From the NCBI GenBank assembly GCA_002633005.1, contig NMRA01000003.1:1664503-1728502 (forward strand): a stretch of 64,000 bases of DNA. Direction: 5' to 3'. The notes beneath the pieces were generated by a model. It was not told the origin of the DNA. It did no database searches and saw only the letters and a program-made list of their open reading frames with translations. This document shows positions 37,101-52,100 of the stretch, in pieces. The DNA comes from Phoronis australis. Taxonomy: Eukaryota > Animalia > Phoronida. The position numbers were made by a program, and so were the translations under genes. Within the stretch, counting starts at the first letter, position 1; every line of letters begins with the position of its first letter.

Positions 37101-40100
37101 GAATGAAAAACAATGATCATAATGATGGTGATGGTGATGGTGATTTTTTGATGATGAGATGATGATGACAAAAGGGATGACTGAGAAACAGCGAGTGAAA
37201 CAAAGTAAATGATAAACCAACAAAGGGGCTGCCTTATGTCAAGGTCTATTTACACATCCACTTTCAATAGATTCTTTCACAGGATATCAAAACATCTGTC
37301 CCAGCAGCATGGTCTTGCATCTGATTTCATCCAAAACAGTAGGCGTCAGGCTATTGTTGAGCTAGGTGTTGTGAGTAAATTTTATGTTGCCCGGTCATGT
37401 GAACGACAGAGCAAGTCTAAAACCCATGTTTTTGAAATCTGAGACAACTACTGCACTGAAGCCTGAGAAACATACCATTGTTGGACTTAAAAAGTCATCC
37501 AAAAAATCTGATACCATAATCCACATAGCGCTTGATGAAATCCATCCACATGTCAAATTTCATAAACATGCCTCAAGGGGCAGGAGATCTATGGTTAAGT
37601 AAAGCTAAAAATGGCTGCCACAGCACCATCTTGCTTCCGATTTCCGATTTCGACCAAAAACCATACCTGGCTATTGATGAGATATGAGTTGTATGTAAAT
37701 TTCACGTCAATCGAATGAGGAATGCAACATGTAGCATACAAACAATGACCGAATTTATCAATTTCATCTTTGTGTCATTTTCGTGCACCCAGATATTTAT
37801 CCGTTGATGCATATTGTCGTCATCTCTGGTAGTCTGGGCATCCGGCGCTCGCTGTTGTATCTCCTAAACCCCTTGTAGGATCGTAATGAGATTTGGCATA
37901 TGTGTTCCTATGAAGCTGACAAACAGTTGAAGAGTTTTTGACCAATCGGACTGCTGCTCTGACCCCTAGTGATGATTTTATTTTTTTACATTCGCCTCTT
38001 TATCTTTAGGGTTCCTTGATTGATTTTCTTGAAATTTGGTTAATAGATGATGACACCTTTCCATTATCGTACAAATTTGACGTAATCTGCGCCACATGGT
38101 TAACATTTTAGAATTTTTAGTATGTTTTTGACGTCTGTAATTTCACACGTTGCGTTTCTCTTTATCAATAAAATACAAATGTCTCGTAATCTGTAAGGAT
38201 GGAAGAAAAATTGTGACTGTTCATTCAATAGAATAATTATTTTGTAGCGAATTCTTATAATTATTTCTGTAAAGTTTGTTAAATCTTTTTAGAAAGCACC
38301 CACAAGTCAAATGAAAAATGCAAAGTGGCGGCCATAGGTTCAATCTTGAATGGAAATTTCGTGTGAAACTCAAAAAATGTGCTCAACCATCGTGGAAATA
38401 AAATAAATTAAAAATATTCAAAGTCATTAAATACATAGTGCGTCCTCTGTGGAAGACGTGTCTTGGGCAAAACATAGCGTACCTTGATAGAAAAGTCCCT
38501 GTATCCGTCATCTCGTCACTGAAACACTTAAATCTTCGCATTTTGGCAGTACTTGTGTTGTTTCATATGCATGCTGATTTTGAGTGCAGCTCGGTGATGA
38601 ACCTCGGTTTTAGAAGTGTACATTTTCATTTTTGAGAAGATGGCTTCCTCGTCTGCAGTCTTGAATCTGGTTATGGCAGATGACAGTCATGCTGTGTTTA
38701 AATTTTGCGTAGATCGTACAAAAATGCGACCTACACCTTCAATAAAAACCAAAAAGCATCACGTTAGGGCAACATATTTGATTAAATTTATTTACTGGGC
38801 ACAACAACGAGAACTTGAAAAATGACAAAAGGTCAATTTTGGCACTTATGTTTGTGTGAATTTTATGAGAGTTAGCTATAGATGTTTACAGTACTCTATT
38901 GCTGTTTAGTGTAATAGCAATGTTTTACAATTGAACTCACTGCTGTAAGCTAAGCTGGTAGCATGTTGTGTCCAAACCCTTTACAGTCACAAAGTATGGC
39001 TCAACTCTGTCAGTGGTGTGAGACCCAGCCTATTATGAGTCTATAACAGTGAAAATACGTACATCAGTGTATTACACATGCGCTCACCCAGCCTAAAAAA
39101 AAACGGGGGGGAGGCTCGAATTTTGAGAATGTGGACCTTTTACTGAGATTCATGGGGGTATGTTCAGAGCTATGAATTGTGCATTCGCCTAATTTTGGTA
39201 GTTCCTCCCTTTTTATGGAATTTTGTTTCAATTTCTACTTTTTCGGAATTTTCTCTGAGGCGGACCTTTTTACTCACTTCGTCAAATGGGGGAGGGTTCA
39301 TCTGAGCCCCCCCATGTGCACGTATGCAATATTTAGTGACTCCTTAGAGATTTTGCTTGATTCAAATTTGCATTCTGTTTGTCCGATCGATATTCCAAAT
39401 CAAACTTGCTCAAATAGTTGTAGCTACGAAAGGACATTAAATAAATTTCGCTGAAATAATACTGGACTTTTGTGCCATTCACATTGGCATCAAGTGATTG
39501 TTCGTTTCAGTAGTCCTTTTGCAACACCTTCCAATCTTTATGAATATTTGTTAAATATGCCTAATGTGTTTTGAATTATTGAGTTAGTTGGTTAAAACTT
39601 CAACAACTTACCCTTGTTTATTTTTATAGTAACATCAGCTGCAGCTCAGCATATCTGAACAGCTGCTTTGCATGTGTCTGACAATGCAAAGAGTCTTAAT
39701 TAATTAATCTGTATCATAGCCCATATATATCACTTATCACTGTGTTTTATGATGTTATGCCAACACATTGATGGACAACAATGTAAAGAACAAATATTTT
39801 TAGCCTGAGAAAATACTTATATTTATCCTGTTTAGTTGTATTTTTCAATCTCTTAGTGATGCAATTGATGCTTCTTCACCATCATGTGGTGACACCTATT
39901 GGTCATCTGGTGTCTTGACCTCTGGTGGCTGTTACCATTCAAAGATGTGAGTTAGTTATGTGTATTACAACCATTTTCCAGTAAAGCAGGACATTTCTCA
40001 TTAATTCTGTCTGGCTGTTAGACAGTAATAAGGTAGTTGTGAAGAACGTCTTGCATTCCTGTGTGGTGGGATATTTCCCAGTGTTTCCTATAAATTCTGT

Positions 40101-43100
40101 GCCACCATTAAATGTCAGGTGGTGGGATATTCATTATGTTCAAAGTCGTTAAAGGGAAGAAATTGCATTCTGTCTCTGTGAACACAGCACACTTTGCACA
40201 CTAGAACTAGAAATAGGCTCAAGTAAAAGACACTTTCTTATTCTAATAATGCTGCATTGCTGCTAGTAGAGTTAGGATAATATGATTATTAAACTTGTTG
40301 TGCATGTACTAAATTATGTCTTATACAGCACAGTGGACAGACAGAAACATTTTGAACTTATAAGCAATACATTTACACTCATGTTTCACTTGAGATGTCT
40401 TTATGATTTTGTAATACTTGCCGTAAAAGTGAACCAGTATGCAAGATTAGGCCTACTGGACGATGGTTAATGAGAGAAGACTAATCGTCAAATTGATACC
40501 TCATGACCTGTCAATCAACACCGTGGCCTGTCAATCAACACTGACTTCTTCATGCTTACCTTATTCAACAAGGAAGTTTCTTATTTCAGAGGTGCACTGC
40601 TTTGTGCTTTATCAGATTTATCGTTTTTAATTTTCGTGCTTCACAACAACTGGCTGATTGTGAATGACGCCAGATTTGAATATAAGAGGCCTTCAGAAAG
40701 TGGTTGCTATTGTCAACCTAAATTAAGAAAAATATCACTAGGAATGTACGTTACTGATCACAGGATATTTGTGATCTCGGGCACTGCCAAAATTTAAATG
40801 TATACGCAACAAATGTAATGTTGACTGGTAGAACCAAGTTCAGGATATCGAAAACTTAATTTTTTTACCAAACCTTACATAGTATTATGTAAAGACCAGG
40901 TGCAGACTTTTTGAGGTATGCCATCTCAAACTTGGTTTATTTCAGTTTGGCTATGACAGGTTAGGCTACATGGTGCCATTTCCATTATTTTATCTTAGGT
41001 TTTACTGATGACTTTCTTTATTTTAAGTGTTCTTGCACATTGAACACTGACTGTGTGCATATAGTATTTACAGACCGCAGCATCAGCTTAGTGCTTGTGT
41101 ACTGGCGTTTTTGGGATATTCCATTCTAGTAGAAAAAGTGAAATGTATTTTGTTTCATGGGACAATTACCAACTGTAATGGACCATGGTTTACGGTATCA
41201 GTGACATTTGTAGTCTGCTTTGAGATTTCACGGGAACTTCTTTGTGGGGTATCTCCGGGATCAAATATATTTGGCGCATTCTCCTGTGACTGAAAATGAT
41301 CACCCTCAAAGTCACATGGCATCTAATTGTGATTGGACATTATCATTATCATCTCAACTGCTCATTCTCTTGAGACTGAAAAATGTAGTTTGTTGTCATA
41401 AATCAGAGTCTTGATATCGCATATGTAAGCATTAATAGTCTTGCAACCCGCCATACACGACTTTATCTAGGATTTCGAAAATAGGTTGTCCAAATTGGGG
41501 TTCCTGAATATTCCAGGGCGTCCATGATCCCAACGACACTTTACTCCTCACCCATTACCACCATTCACCAGTAACCCTCCCATACATAGTGTGTTTTTTA
41601 CAAAAAGTGAGTGCAACAAGGCTTTTACATCTAAGTTTACAAAAACAGCTCCCTTGTAGTGAACTTTTTTGCTAACAAATTTACGAAAACAGCCAAATAG
41701 CTTACCAAACAGATGTTACAGGTCTTACAGATATTGGTTGAATGATGAGTGCACTGTTTTTGGTGATCTCAAGTCAAATTGCTGTTGTAAAGTTTATCAT
41801 ATAATCTTAAGTAGCTTGATGTTCTGTAAAATGAGTTGGACAGAACTGCAGTTACCAATACAAGAAAAATGTACTGATGATGTGTGGTTTATATTTTGGC
41901 AACAGGTGTCACTGCTACTCCATATAAAAATGCACATAGAAAAGCATGAAACAGGCGCAAATTCAAACATTTTAAATGGGGATATTCTTGTGGCACAATG
42001 GTACAATATATCATTAAAATGACATTTATTTCGCTTTTGGTGTTTTTCAAAAAGATCAAAAACATGAAACTAGAGCTTTGAAACACTAGTTTGGTGTTAG
42101 GTCAGTGTACCTGCATGAAATACTGAATAACAATTAGTGGTAAGACCACTGAAAGTAGAGACTGATCATGTTTAGTTTTTGAATCCCCAAAATGGCCAAA
42201 CTAGAACTGAAGTTAAGTTGATCTATTCTGTCCGAACATTACCAGCGCACTGCATGGGTTTGACTGAGTTCCTATGCTGTGGGTACAAACCTGGTAGGTA
42301 ATAGGCCTGTATGTTGTCATACCAGACAAAAGACTGCTGGGCAGTCAACAAAGGAGCTAGATGTTATCACATGCTCACAGTGGCTCTATGGTAAAGTCAC
42401 TCAAGGAGAAAATGCCCTAATGGATAAGATCCAAAATGTGAAATGATCATGATAGAATCTCAGGGGTTACAGAGACTAAAAACTTGACACTTTTATCAGC
42501 TATATCAATAGTTCCTTACCCACTCAGCTGTGGGGGCAATAAACATGATAATTACGTCTGGTCTGGCAATGGAACTACTTTAAAGTGAATGGTGAGATGC
42601 CTTGAACGTCAACACAACAAAACTTTTTTCATCTGCATTCAGTTTATACAGTACAGCACTTTTTCGACAAGTTTGTTTAGTTAACGCAATATATACAGAA
42701 TTAGAAGGTTCAGGAAAAGCCCAATTGAGTCGCATGATAACGTAGCTGTCGTTTATAACGTTTGATCGCTCCAATATACTCTTTCTACAATTCGAACACG
42801 TATACAGAACTTGTAACACATGCGTGTTTGTGGATGGTATAACCACCACATATCTATGTCGTGGTCGAACCACTGTTCAGCATTGATCGTAATGTGGTGG
42901 TCTTAAAAAGTTCACGATTATTCTCGTGGAAAATAGATGGGATTTGGAAGCAAAAACTTTAGCTAAGTTTTCAAAAATTTTAGTGACATTTTTCGTCCAA
43001 GTTCCTTCTAGACAAAAATTGTTACTTGAGATTAGCGTCGATTTTCATCGGGATTTTAGCTTTGCGTCGCTCTCATTTTGAAACGGCAAAAAACAACGAA

Positions 43101-46100
43101 ACTTTACAGTTCACATGTGCTCATGACACCCACGAAAACGGATTACCTAGAATACTGTGGCACTGTGCAAATTAGACCGTTGCAGATCATAAATTCGTGA
43201 AATTTGTTACTTTCTCAGAAATTTTAACTCGGGTTTACTGAATATTCCACGGTAATTTCTGTGTATTTACTTTCAAATTATCAATGTAAATAAAATTCAG
43301 AACAAAGGAAACCGTTTTATCGCACCGATCTCATCTAAAACTTCTCCGATATTTACGGAGAGAGCACATATAGAGGTCAAAATTTTATGAAGATTTCGAA
43401 TATTCTTTTAGTTAAAATCTTGCAGAAGAGCGAAAAAGTGAATACAGACGTGTTGTTTCGTTAGGCAACTCTTAACGTCATCAGCTAATGTGTATTAGCG
43501 TGAAATCGCATGTCACCCGCCAAATAAAGGCATGTGGTTAACTCAGAAATTTCCACGGACCCGACAATGAGGGGAGGATTTTTGGGCCGGTCTATCGCGA
43601 CCAAAATATGTTATGTCTGTTCCGACAGGGGATTGAACCCGGACTTCTGCTAACCTTGCAGATCCTCGAGTCCACTGAGCTATCAAGACCACCAGTTGAT
43701 TGGATATTTTGAATTGCTGATAGGTAAATGAATTTTACCCATTCCAAACTGTCATTGTAGTAACACCCTTTTTGCACATACCTGGAATGTGTATTTGAGT
43801 CTGAGAGGTTTACAAACTGTAACTAATAAGGATTTTTTGTGTAAACTTTATTTCATGGACATATGTATATAGATACGAGCCACCTGCTGTAGCCAGTCTC
43901 AGTTTTGGTAGATCTGATTTAAGCTAGTTGAGTTTGACTCTTTTGAGGTGGCCATATCCTGCTCGTCATCCGTTTTGTAAACTCTAAACCATGGCATAAA
44001 AACTGACCAGGTTCTGGTTGACCACATTTCTGCCTGATTGTTTACAAATCGGTCATTCACCTTTGATGAAATGGTCATTCACCTTTGACGGTCATAGTGT
44101 CCATCACTGATTAGACCAGTGTCGAGTAAATGTCGACACTGATTGACCATGCAGAGATTCCACTTGTCACTGACCTAGCACAAAATTTAAGAAAGTTTCG
44201 TGCGCCTACGCATGTATATGTGGTCGTATAGTGTTGTCATCTTGTGCCAGCAACTGTATCTGGGTATTCCCTCTATACCTCAAAAACCTCTGGTTCAGGA
44301 TCTTGATGACATTTGGCACAAGTTATGGGCATTATGGTTAGGCTGTGGCACATGTTGTTTTTCTATCAACCCTGCCCCGCAGGTCCAGAGGGTGAGCTTT
44401 TTACTGTGAATCTTGACACAGAGGTGTGTGCCAGTACCAGTGTTAAGTTTCATTGGATTTAACCACTGCAGCACCCCCTGGTAGCCATTTTTAGTTCCAG
44501 TAATGAGCTTTAAGTACTTGTGAAGGATAAGATCATTATTTTCCGAATTCATCTAGGGAACCAATGTAGAAATTTCAATGAATCTTGAGACCAAGGTAAT
44601 TTGCCAGTTCCAGTCAATTGTTACAACTGCAGCTCCCCTTAGTGCCCACTTTGGTCTTAGCAAGGGACTTTGCATAATACTTTGGGTTGTTCTTGCCTGC
44701 GATATATTTCACCGATTAAATGATGAACGCATGATTTCACAACTAGTCACTTTTGTACTGCGAAGAAATAATTGTCAGAATTATTGACAGAATTTACTTT
44801 GTGAGTGGCGGTATCACTGAGTACCCTAAAATTCTTCACCTGTCTAGCATACAGTGTGGCGGACAAGTGAAATTTGTTGTCAAATTTTTAAACAAAAATT
44901 ATAAATATTAAGACAATTTCAGTCAGTCGTTAACTAGTATTTGTATGAAGGGAATTGGCCTTTGAGAAATAAAATTGACAATTGTGGAAATTATCTTAGT
45001 ACAAAATAAGTGAAGAATTGCTGTGCATGACTAATAGTTTAGAGCTGCAGCTGAAGAATTAGGATAAACCCACCCATTTGGAGAGAGAACAGGCAACCCA
45101 TTTATAGGGAGCGCCACTTCTTGCAAGGAATAATTCCATAATTTTAACGGTTTGTTGTAGGCATTCATGAATAGCTGCATTTTAGCCACTAAACGTGAAA
45201 CAGTAAACATTGAAGGGATGTCATGAGAAGATCTTTCAAAATCAAAGTTATAAAAATGCAGATAATATTGAGATCTTTTTGTAGATTTGTGTAGCCGGAA
45301 AAATAATTTCGTAGGGTTTCTAACTAGTGAGGGTATTGAACCTGAAAAGGCACATTTTTGTGGGGTATTGTGTTAGAAGAGACCCCCTTATGTAGCAAAT
45401 CTGGCCGTTAGAAAGTCACACTCCTAAGTGGCACGCCCCATATACCTTCTGTATGAGATACCCCCCCCCCCGGGGCTAGTGTGTGAAGGACTACTAATGA
45501 CATCTGGAGACTGTTCCTTAGCAACAAACCAGGCACTCCATCTCATTTCCCAACCATTAGCACTGAATGCTTCTTGCCAGTTGACTTTTGAATAGCCAGT
45601 TGCCAAATCTGGACAACTGGCCTTCTAATTTTGGTATATTGGTGAATAGGTCTATGCCGGTGATATCACCACCTGCAGTTAAATAAAAAGTTACACACAT
45701 GCAGTGCAGGCTGGTTTTTATACAGTGGTTTAAAGACTGACTTTGTCCCTGATAGTCGAGTCTTCTCAGTCTTTGAATTATAAAAATGGTTAACTTCACC
45801 AGAATACAGTAGGATCTCATGCTGTGCAGCTGCTGCTCCTTTGTTGTCTTGTCCCTCAGTCATACAATCTTCCCTGTGTATGCCTATACTGGGGCGTAAT
45901 AATAGGCTGACCAAGCTTGTGTATGTGACTCCACAGTAAGTCACCACAGTCTAATCAGTTTTCAATAGAAGAACACCTAGGAAATAGCTTTTTAACCCCT
46001 TTTGTTGCATGTTGACTTTTTGTTATTAATTTTCAAAATCATAACTGCATGAATGCTGTTAGAACAAAATCTGAAATGTGGGGTTTTTCCTTATAGATTT

Positions 46101-49100
46101 ATGCTATTATTTGTAATCTACTATGAACAAAATCGAAGGCCCGGTGCTTTATGACTTGTGGTTTCAATGTGGTGATAAGACTGTTTACTACACTGAACTC
46201 ATCACACAAAACTTAAAGCGAGAAAAATTCTGATGGTGGGTTTGATTTGTTTCCTTAAACTGTCTTTCTTTTCTTAACTGATTTATTATGATAGTAACGA
46301 ATCTGAATATATTGGTTGTTGTATTGTTTACAAGCAACACTCGGAGACAATCCTGATCAGTTGCTGTTAGCAAGCTATGGTGTGTTTCACTGAGGCCAGA
46401 TTGCAATTCCCCATAGCATTCCTGCATAAACCCCTAACCACCTCTCTATGGACACTGATTAATTACGTAGGCTTCTCAGGGGCTGGTTTGTTGTCAATGA
46501 TTATACACACAAGTATTGCCTATAGTTCTTTTGAAAAGCATTGACGTGAATACAGTCAATTGAGGCTCACTGTTCGCTTTGAGTTCATTTACTGTCAATA
46601 GGATGACTTCGAGAAATTTTTATGTTGAATTCTACTTGTATGTTAAAAATAGACAATTTATACTGTGAGCTAACACCATTTTTAAACACTATTACCCTTA
46701 TTAGAACTTCTTATGTAAACCTGTGGAAACCCAAGCAAAAAGAACTTGTTGAACTTGGTTTCCATTTGGATCCTAAAAGGGCTCAATGCTTCTTGATCAG
46801 CTGAAGAAGATTTATGGTATGTGCATGGCCCTGTGTTAGAAATTAAGATTTCTTTAGGGATTTTAGTGTTAGTGTTGGAACATTTACTAGAACTTTAATT
46901 GTTCTTGAAATTGCATCTAGTAGAAACTTCAGTCCTAGCACAGTAGCAAAAAAACAGAATCACCTGGCACTCGATCTGGGTAGGTATACCACACCCCACC
47001 TGGAGGTCTGTTTGTAAACTATCCCCTCCTGTTCCTTTGGGTACCCCACAGCTATTTACTGTACAATATTGAATGGCATGGTCAACTTGCTTTCTATTGA
47101 AACTCATTGTTATTTGAATTATTAGCTCTTTCTTGGGCCTAAGCCAGTTCTCAATAGACTCTATTCCTTACTAAACAGTAGGGTTTTCTTCTCTATTCAA
47201 TTTAAACATTACTGGTCTATTTAGGCTGTTATAAGGTATATGTCAGGTTCTGTACACCACAATAAAGCATCCAAGCTCAGTTCTTGGTTCTCTTGGAAAG
47301 TCAAGCGATATATTATGAGTGAAATAGCCATATTCTCTTGGCAATGTTCATTTTGGGACACTGGTGTGTGAAGCTGTGATAGTTAGTACTGCTGTGTTAA
47401 CTACTAATACTTTGAGTAAACACAACCATAGAATGCTGTAGACAACAGTCTGTGATCAAGGTTAGCACATCTGTGGATAATGCCATAGCATTTCAGCTCA
47501 GCAATGCAGGCTTCTGACACCTATCCACAATACTACCAGGTAATTTTGTTAAGTTTTTGATTATTGAACCCAGCCTTGTTTTGGTCCCTCAGTTTGGTTA
47601 ATCATGTTGCTGAATTAGACGAAAGTTGATAGATGATCATACAGCTTATAAGTAACTCAATATTTTCATAAACTCATTTAAATAGAATTGTGTTCATATC
47701 AGCAGGGTTATACAACTGCTGGCATTCAGGCTGAGAGTCCTATTTTAACTCCAGTCTCTGATTTAGTCTCCAGTCACACTGAATTTCATCCATGATACTA
47801 TCTAGGTAAAAAAATGTACTGACATTTCATACTACTCAGTTTTCTCCACTGAATAACGGGCATCAAACTGGTTCTCAAAATACGGGCACGTTATACGTGA
47901 CTTGCCCAGAATTTACTAATCAGACACTGAGGCTAAATATATCCGATCACAAAAATATCCTGGTCTGACGTCAGTCATTAGCAAGACTTTAATATTCAAA
48001 ATCATGATATTCTGGCCAATCATATGAAATCATGAGTCGTTGGAATAGCAGCCTTCTCATATGTAAGAAGGCTCAGATCTGCCGTCTTCTTTGGGTTTGT
48101 ACAAAAAAGGTTGATCAGAAATTTGACAAGCATTCATATCCAAGTTTTTGGTTGCCCGATGGCGTTGTATTTCTCACGTAATAGCAGATATTTATTATAG
48201 TATATTCTGAAAAAGATTTAAAATGTTGTATTACAAAAACACTAAAGGTAGGCGTCATTCTGTCGGTGGATCTGTGCAAGGAATAACCCTCCTAGAGCTG
48301 TGTACAGCCACTACATTTCAAACGGGCTTTTGACCAAACTTTCGAATCATTTCTGTCCGAAATTGGTGAGATTTTACCGAAGTAGTATCCGTGTGTTCTT
48401 TGCCATTATATTATGAAGATCTTAAAATTCGAAATTAGTTTCTTTGATAACAGTTGTCGTTAAGTTGCTGAAAATAGCATCATTCACCAGAAATACTCTT
48501 TGCAGCCATTGTCTTATCACCATACGTGGCTGTATAATTATTTGATGATGTTAAGCTGACGCACGCACTATCTTTCTCCATCACATAAACTTAATTCTTG
48601 GCTTGATGACTGGCTAGCCTTGATGAGTGAACCGTTTTATATCCATCAATGCATTGGCGAGTATTCATTAGGGCTTATATAATTCACTCCGCGCAGCCAG
48701 TAGCGAGTGAGCTGCGTGTGGGTATATATGTTACTTGTTGCTGCATATGAATCAGTGTAGTAGAGATCTCAGTCAATGTTAGCACCATGAGGACTGTCAT
48801 TCAGAAAGTAACCAGTTATTTCAGCACAAATGCAAAGGTCAGTTCTACAAAGTGCAGTTAACATTGTTTAACATTGTGAGAAAACATTCCATTTGGTGTA
48901 CATTAATTGGCACAGTTTTGTATTTAACTGTGCTTGTGTAGATGTTTGTTATTGTACTTTGGGCCTCTGGCCTCGAATGTAAATAAAGTATGGGGTGGAA
49001 TTGACACTGTTTTGACTGATCTGGGTTAATACAATTTGAACATTTTCTTTTTAGGAGAACGAAAAGAACTTGAGTCAGTGGGAGTTCCGTCACAGATTGC

Positions 49101-52100
49101 TGAAGCGGATGAAGGCTGGCTATGACTATGCCAGTGAGTAAAACTTATCGTCTTCAGTTTGTGCATTAAAATTACGTACAACTGTTATCAACAAAGACAC
49201 AAGGAAATTTGAGCATTCAAAAGCAACTGGCTTCTGTCAAAAATCAAAGCTTGGAATTTTCCACTTTTAAGAGGGTTTGCTCTTTTTTGGTTTGATGTCC
49301 ATTTTCCTTTTTCTTTGTCTCTTTTTTATCACTTTGACTTTATTTGTGCAAAAACATTTATTTCAGTTCAATTCTACTGCACAAAAAATGTTTCTATCAC
49401 ACAAACCTATTTGTCGGTGGAATAATTCATAACCTGGAAAATTTTTCTCTTTTTGTCATCAGTCATTCCAAGCCCTGAAAAATCTAACTTTTGAGTTAGT
49501 CCGCTTATCGCTTTAAATCTGTTATTATCTTGTTTCTAAGTTGTGGGCTGCTAGTGGGTTTGGGATGCCAAGCTAACACTTGGTTATTGCTTGAGATAAG
49601 GCTCAAAAAGTTGACTTCAGGGTGTGTCATTTTGTGCATGCATTACCTTCTCAAACACTACCGGACTGGTATTTCTTTCATTGCCCAGAAGTTCTTCTGA
49701 ATAATGAACAATTTGAGATCAGTTATCTAGCGAACAACAGTCTGAGTCAAAAGTTAAGTTTTTGATGTCTAAAGTTGTGTTTTTTCTGTGTTAACAATGT
49801 CGTGAGTTTTTCAAACATAAAATGTTGACAATGTTGGCTATTATTTTTTTGATTTTGTTTGGATTTTCGAAAACTTTACTGTACTGTATTTCAGTCCATC
49901 CAGTAAAAGAGTATAACAAATGATATGAAATATGTCACGGTGGAGACTGCTAAACTATGATTTGATTTCAGTGTGTTAACTGTGTGAAATGAGTTTGAGC
50001 TTTTGTTTGTTGGCCATCAGTATTGTGTGTTCCTTACACATTCAGTCAATAACCTGCAGAGTCCATTGGCATTTGCCGCACCTCTAGTTTGATCTTGTCT
50101 TAACTGTTACCCGTCCGTACACATATGAAGCTATTATTGATTTTTCTTTAAACATGTGATTTCATTGTAGTTTTTGGAAAACTTTAATAGCTTACATTGG
50201 CTGTTAACACCCTCTCCCAGTGTACGCTTTATTAACATTTTTGAGAATATCATAAATAATTTAATTATCAGCTCAAGGAAAATTGCCAATTGGTGATACA
50301 GTAGTTTTTAATTCCCCATATTTTCAAAAAGACACAAGGAAAATTTGTTAGTCGACAATTTCGACAAATTCCAGGTCAGCCAGGAAATTCAGATCAAAAA
50401 TTGTTTCCAAAGTCACCGCTATTAAGGCTGTTTACAATTTTCATTGGGCTCTGGGTTTCAAATTTTTTCTTGGCCTGTGTTGAATGACAAGCTACAAATT
50501 TAAAAAATATTTGAGATTTGACCCACATCAATTTAATTTCTATTCAGATTCAATTTCGAGTTTCACAGTACTGATCAAACTGTAACTGTGGCATCTCCCG
50601 AGTCAGTCCACATGCTGCCCTGCATTGTCGTTGACGTGGCTAATCTTTTATGATGAAGGTGCACTGGCAAAATTAGCTCTGCCATGCTTACAAAATTTCT
50701 ATTCTAGCAAATATGTTATGCTCTATAAAAGGTGGCCCTTTTTGAAACTAACATATTAAATTTGACTATTGTTTACTCCGTCATTTTGGATGTAATTGAC
50801 AATATGGTGGAGTCACATGGCACTAAATTTTCTAGAGATAGAAAATAGCTCAGCTGAGTCAGCAGAAAACCAGATATTCTTAGTTATGAACATGTGATTT
50901 CAGTTTTATTCCCAGCTAAACCTTCTGGTGAACCTGACTGCCCTGTTTTTTTTCACTGAATTTCTTACATGAACTTCGTCCATCTGAGTTAAGTTTTATT
51001 AGAGGTCTCACCTTCCTCAATGACTGCATAATCATTTGTAAAAGTTGTAGAGTATAATTCATAATAAATTTATTAGAAACACGCAAGTACAGAGAAAATA
51101 AAAAACATAAAAACAAGACAAAAAAGTAAAAGTACAAATAAATGCAAGACACGAATAATATAGAAAGTCAAAAACTTATTTCCATTTTGGTCTGTAAAGT
51201 CAAGTTTGTTCATATTGCCATTATACACTAGTGAACAGCACGATTCTGCTATTTGTTGTGCTTGTATTATTTAAAAAACCATCACTGATAAATACCACTG
51301 TTCTGAAAATTATCAACTGCATGCCCTCAACAAAAAAGTCATTTTGAAAACTCGAAGGTTTGTGTCATTTCAGTATACTTAAGCCGCTCATATTTCACAT
51401 ATCGATAATTGATCAAAAACCAAGTTGACCAATTATTCTGCTTTTTCATTAGTATGCCTGTTTAGCTGTATAGGGTGGCGGTGTTGCGTCATTTGTGACT
51501 CAATTCATTAGCAGTGATACAAAAAACAGATGAGAAAGAGCATCAACTGATGGTATTAATTATTTGTAATCGAGCTCTTGGTGTAAATGAGTTATGAACA
51601 ATACCTCAGAATTAGTATTATAGTATTTTGTAATCATGGAGGAATATTTGTCTCATACCTTCATTGTCATAATTGACTGTATTTTTGACATGAGAATTGA
51701 ATAATACAGGATATTTGCAAGATGAGTCGCTTGCTTCGAGAGGCCTCACCCCAGCGGCATGTCCAGTGACGTCAATGGTGATCAATTATGTCCCACACTT
51801 GACCATGTGTAATTTTTGTATTGTAACCTCCACTTAGATATCACTCACCAACTTGTACCGTCGCATATTTTACAGTTTTGAATAGTTTCATGTCCTTGAA
51901 TTTAGTTGTCGCACCCAGGAAGGGAGTCTTCCAGATAATTTGCGGGAGGGCACTACTGCACATTCACGGTTCAATCGGTCCATTGCTATACTTTGGACAC
52001 TAGGGAAACAGCTTCCCAAGACAAGAGGAAAATTCCTTAGTCGACTTTTCAGCGTACAAGAAATTATAGGTCGCTTAAACCAGGAATTTCAGATGAAATA

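Noticed and set aside
36945-37223. His-rich ORF (HHHHHHH)
   Set aside because: Product of a (GAT/GGT)n low-complexity intronic tract.
42580-43590. CpG-rich blocks resembling Kolobok-type or other non-autonomous transposons (also 1-137, 12290-12700, 33260-33840, 45300-45476, 47860-48720)
   Set aside because: Composition suggests TE origin, but I could not pair TIRs or TSDs by eye, so they are not annotated.
43600-43690. Functional tRNA gene
   Set aside because: A and B boxes are present but the acceptor and anticodon stems are broken; treated as a SINE head or pseudogene.
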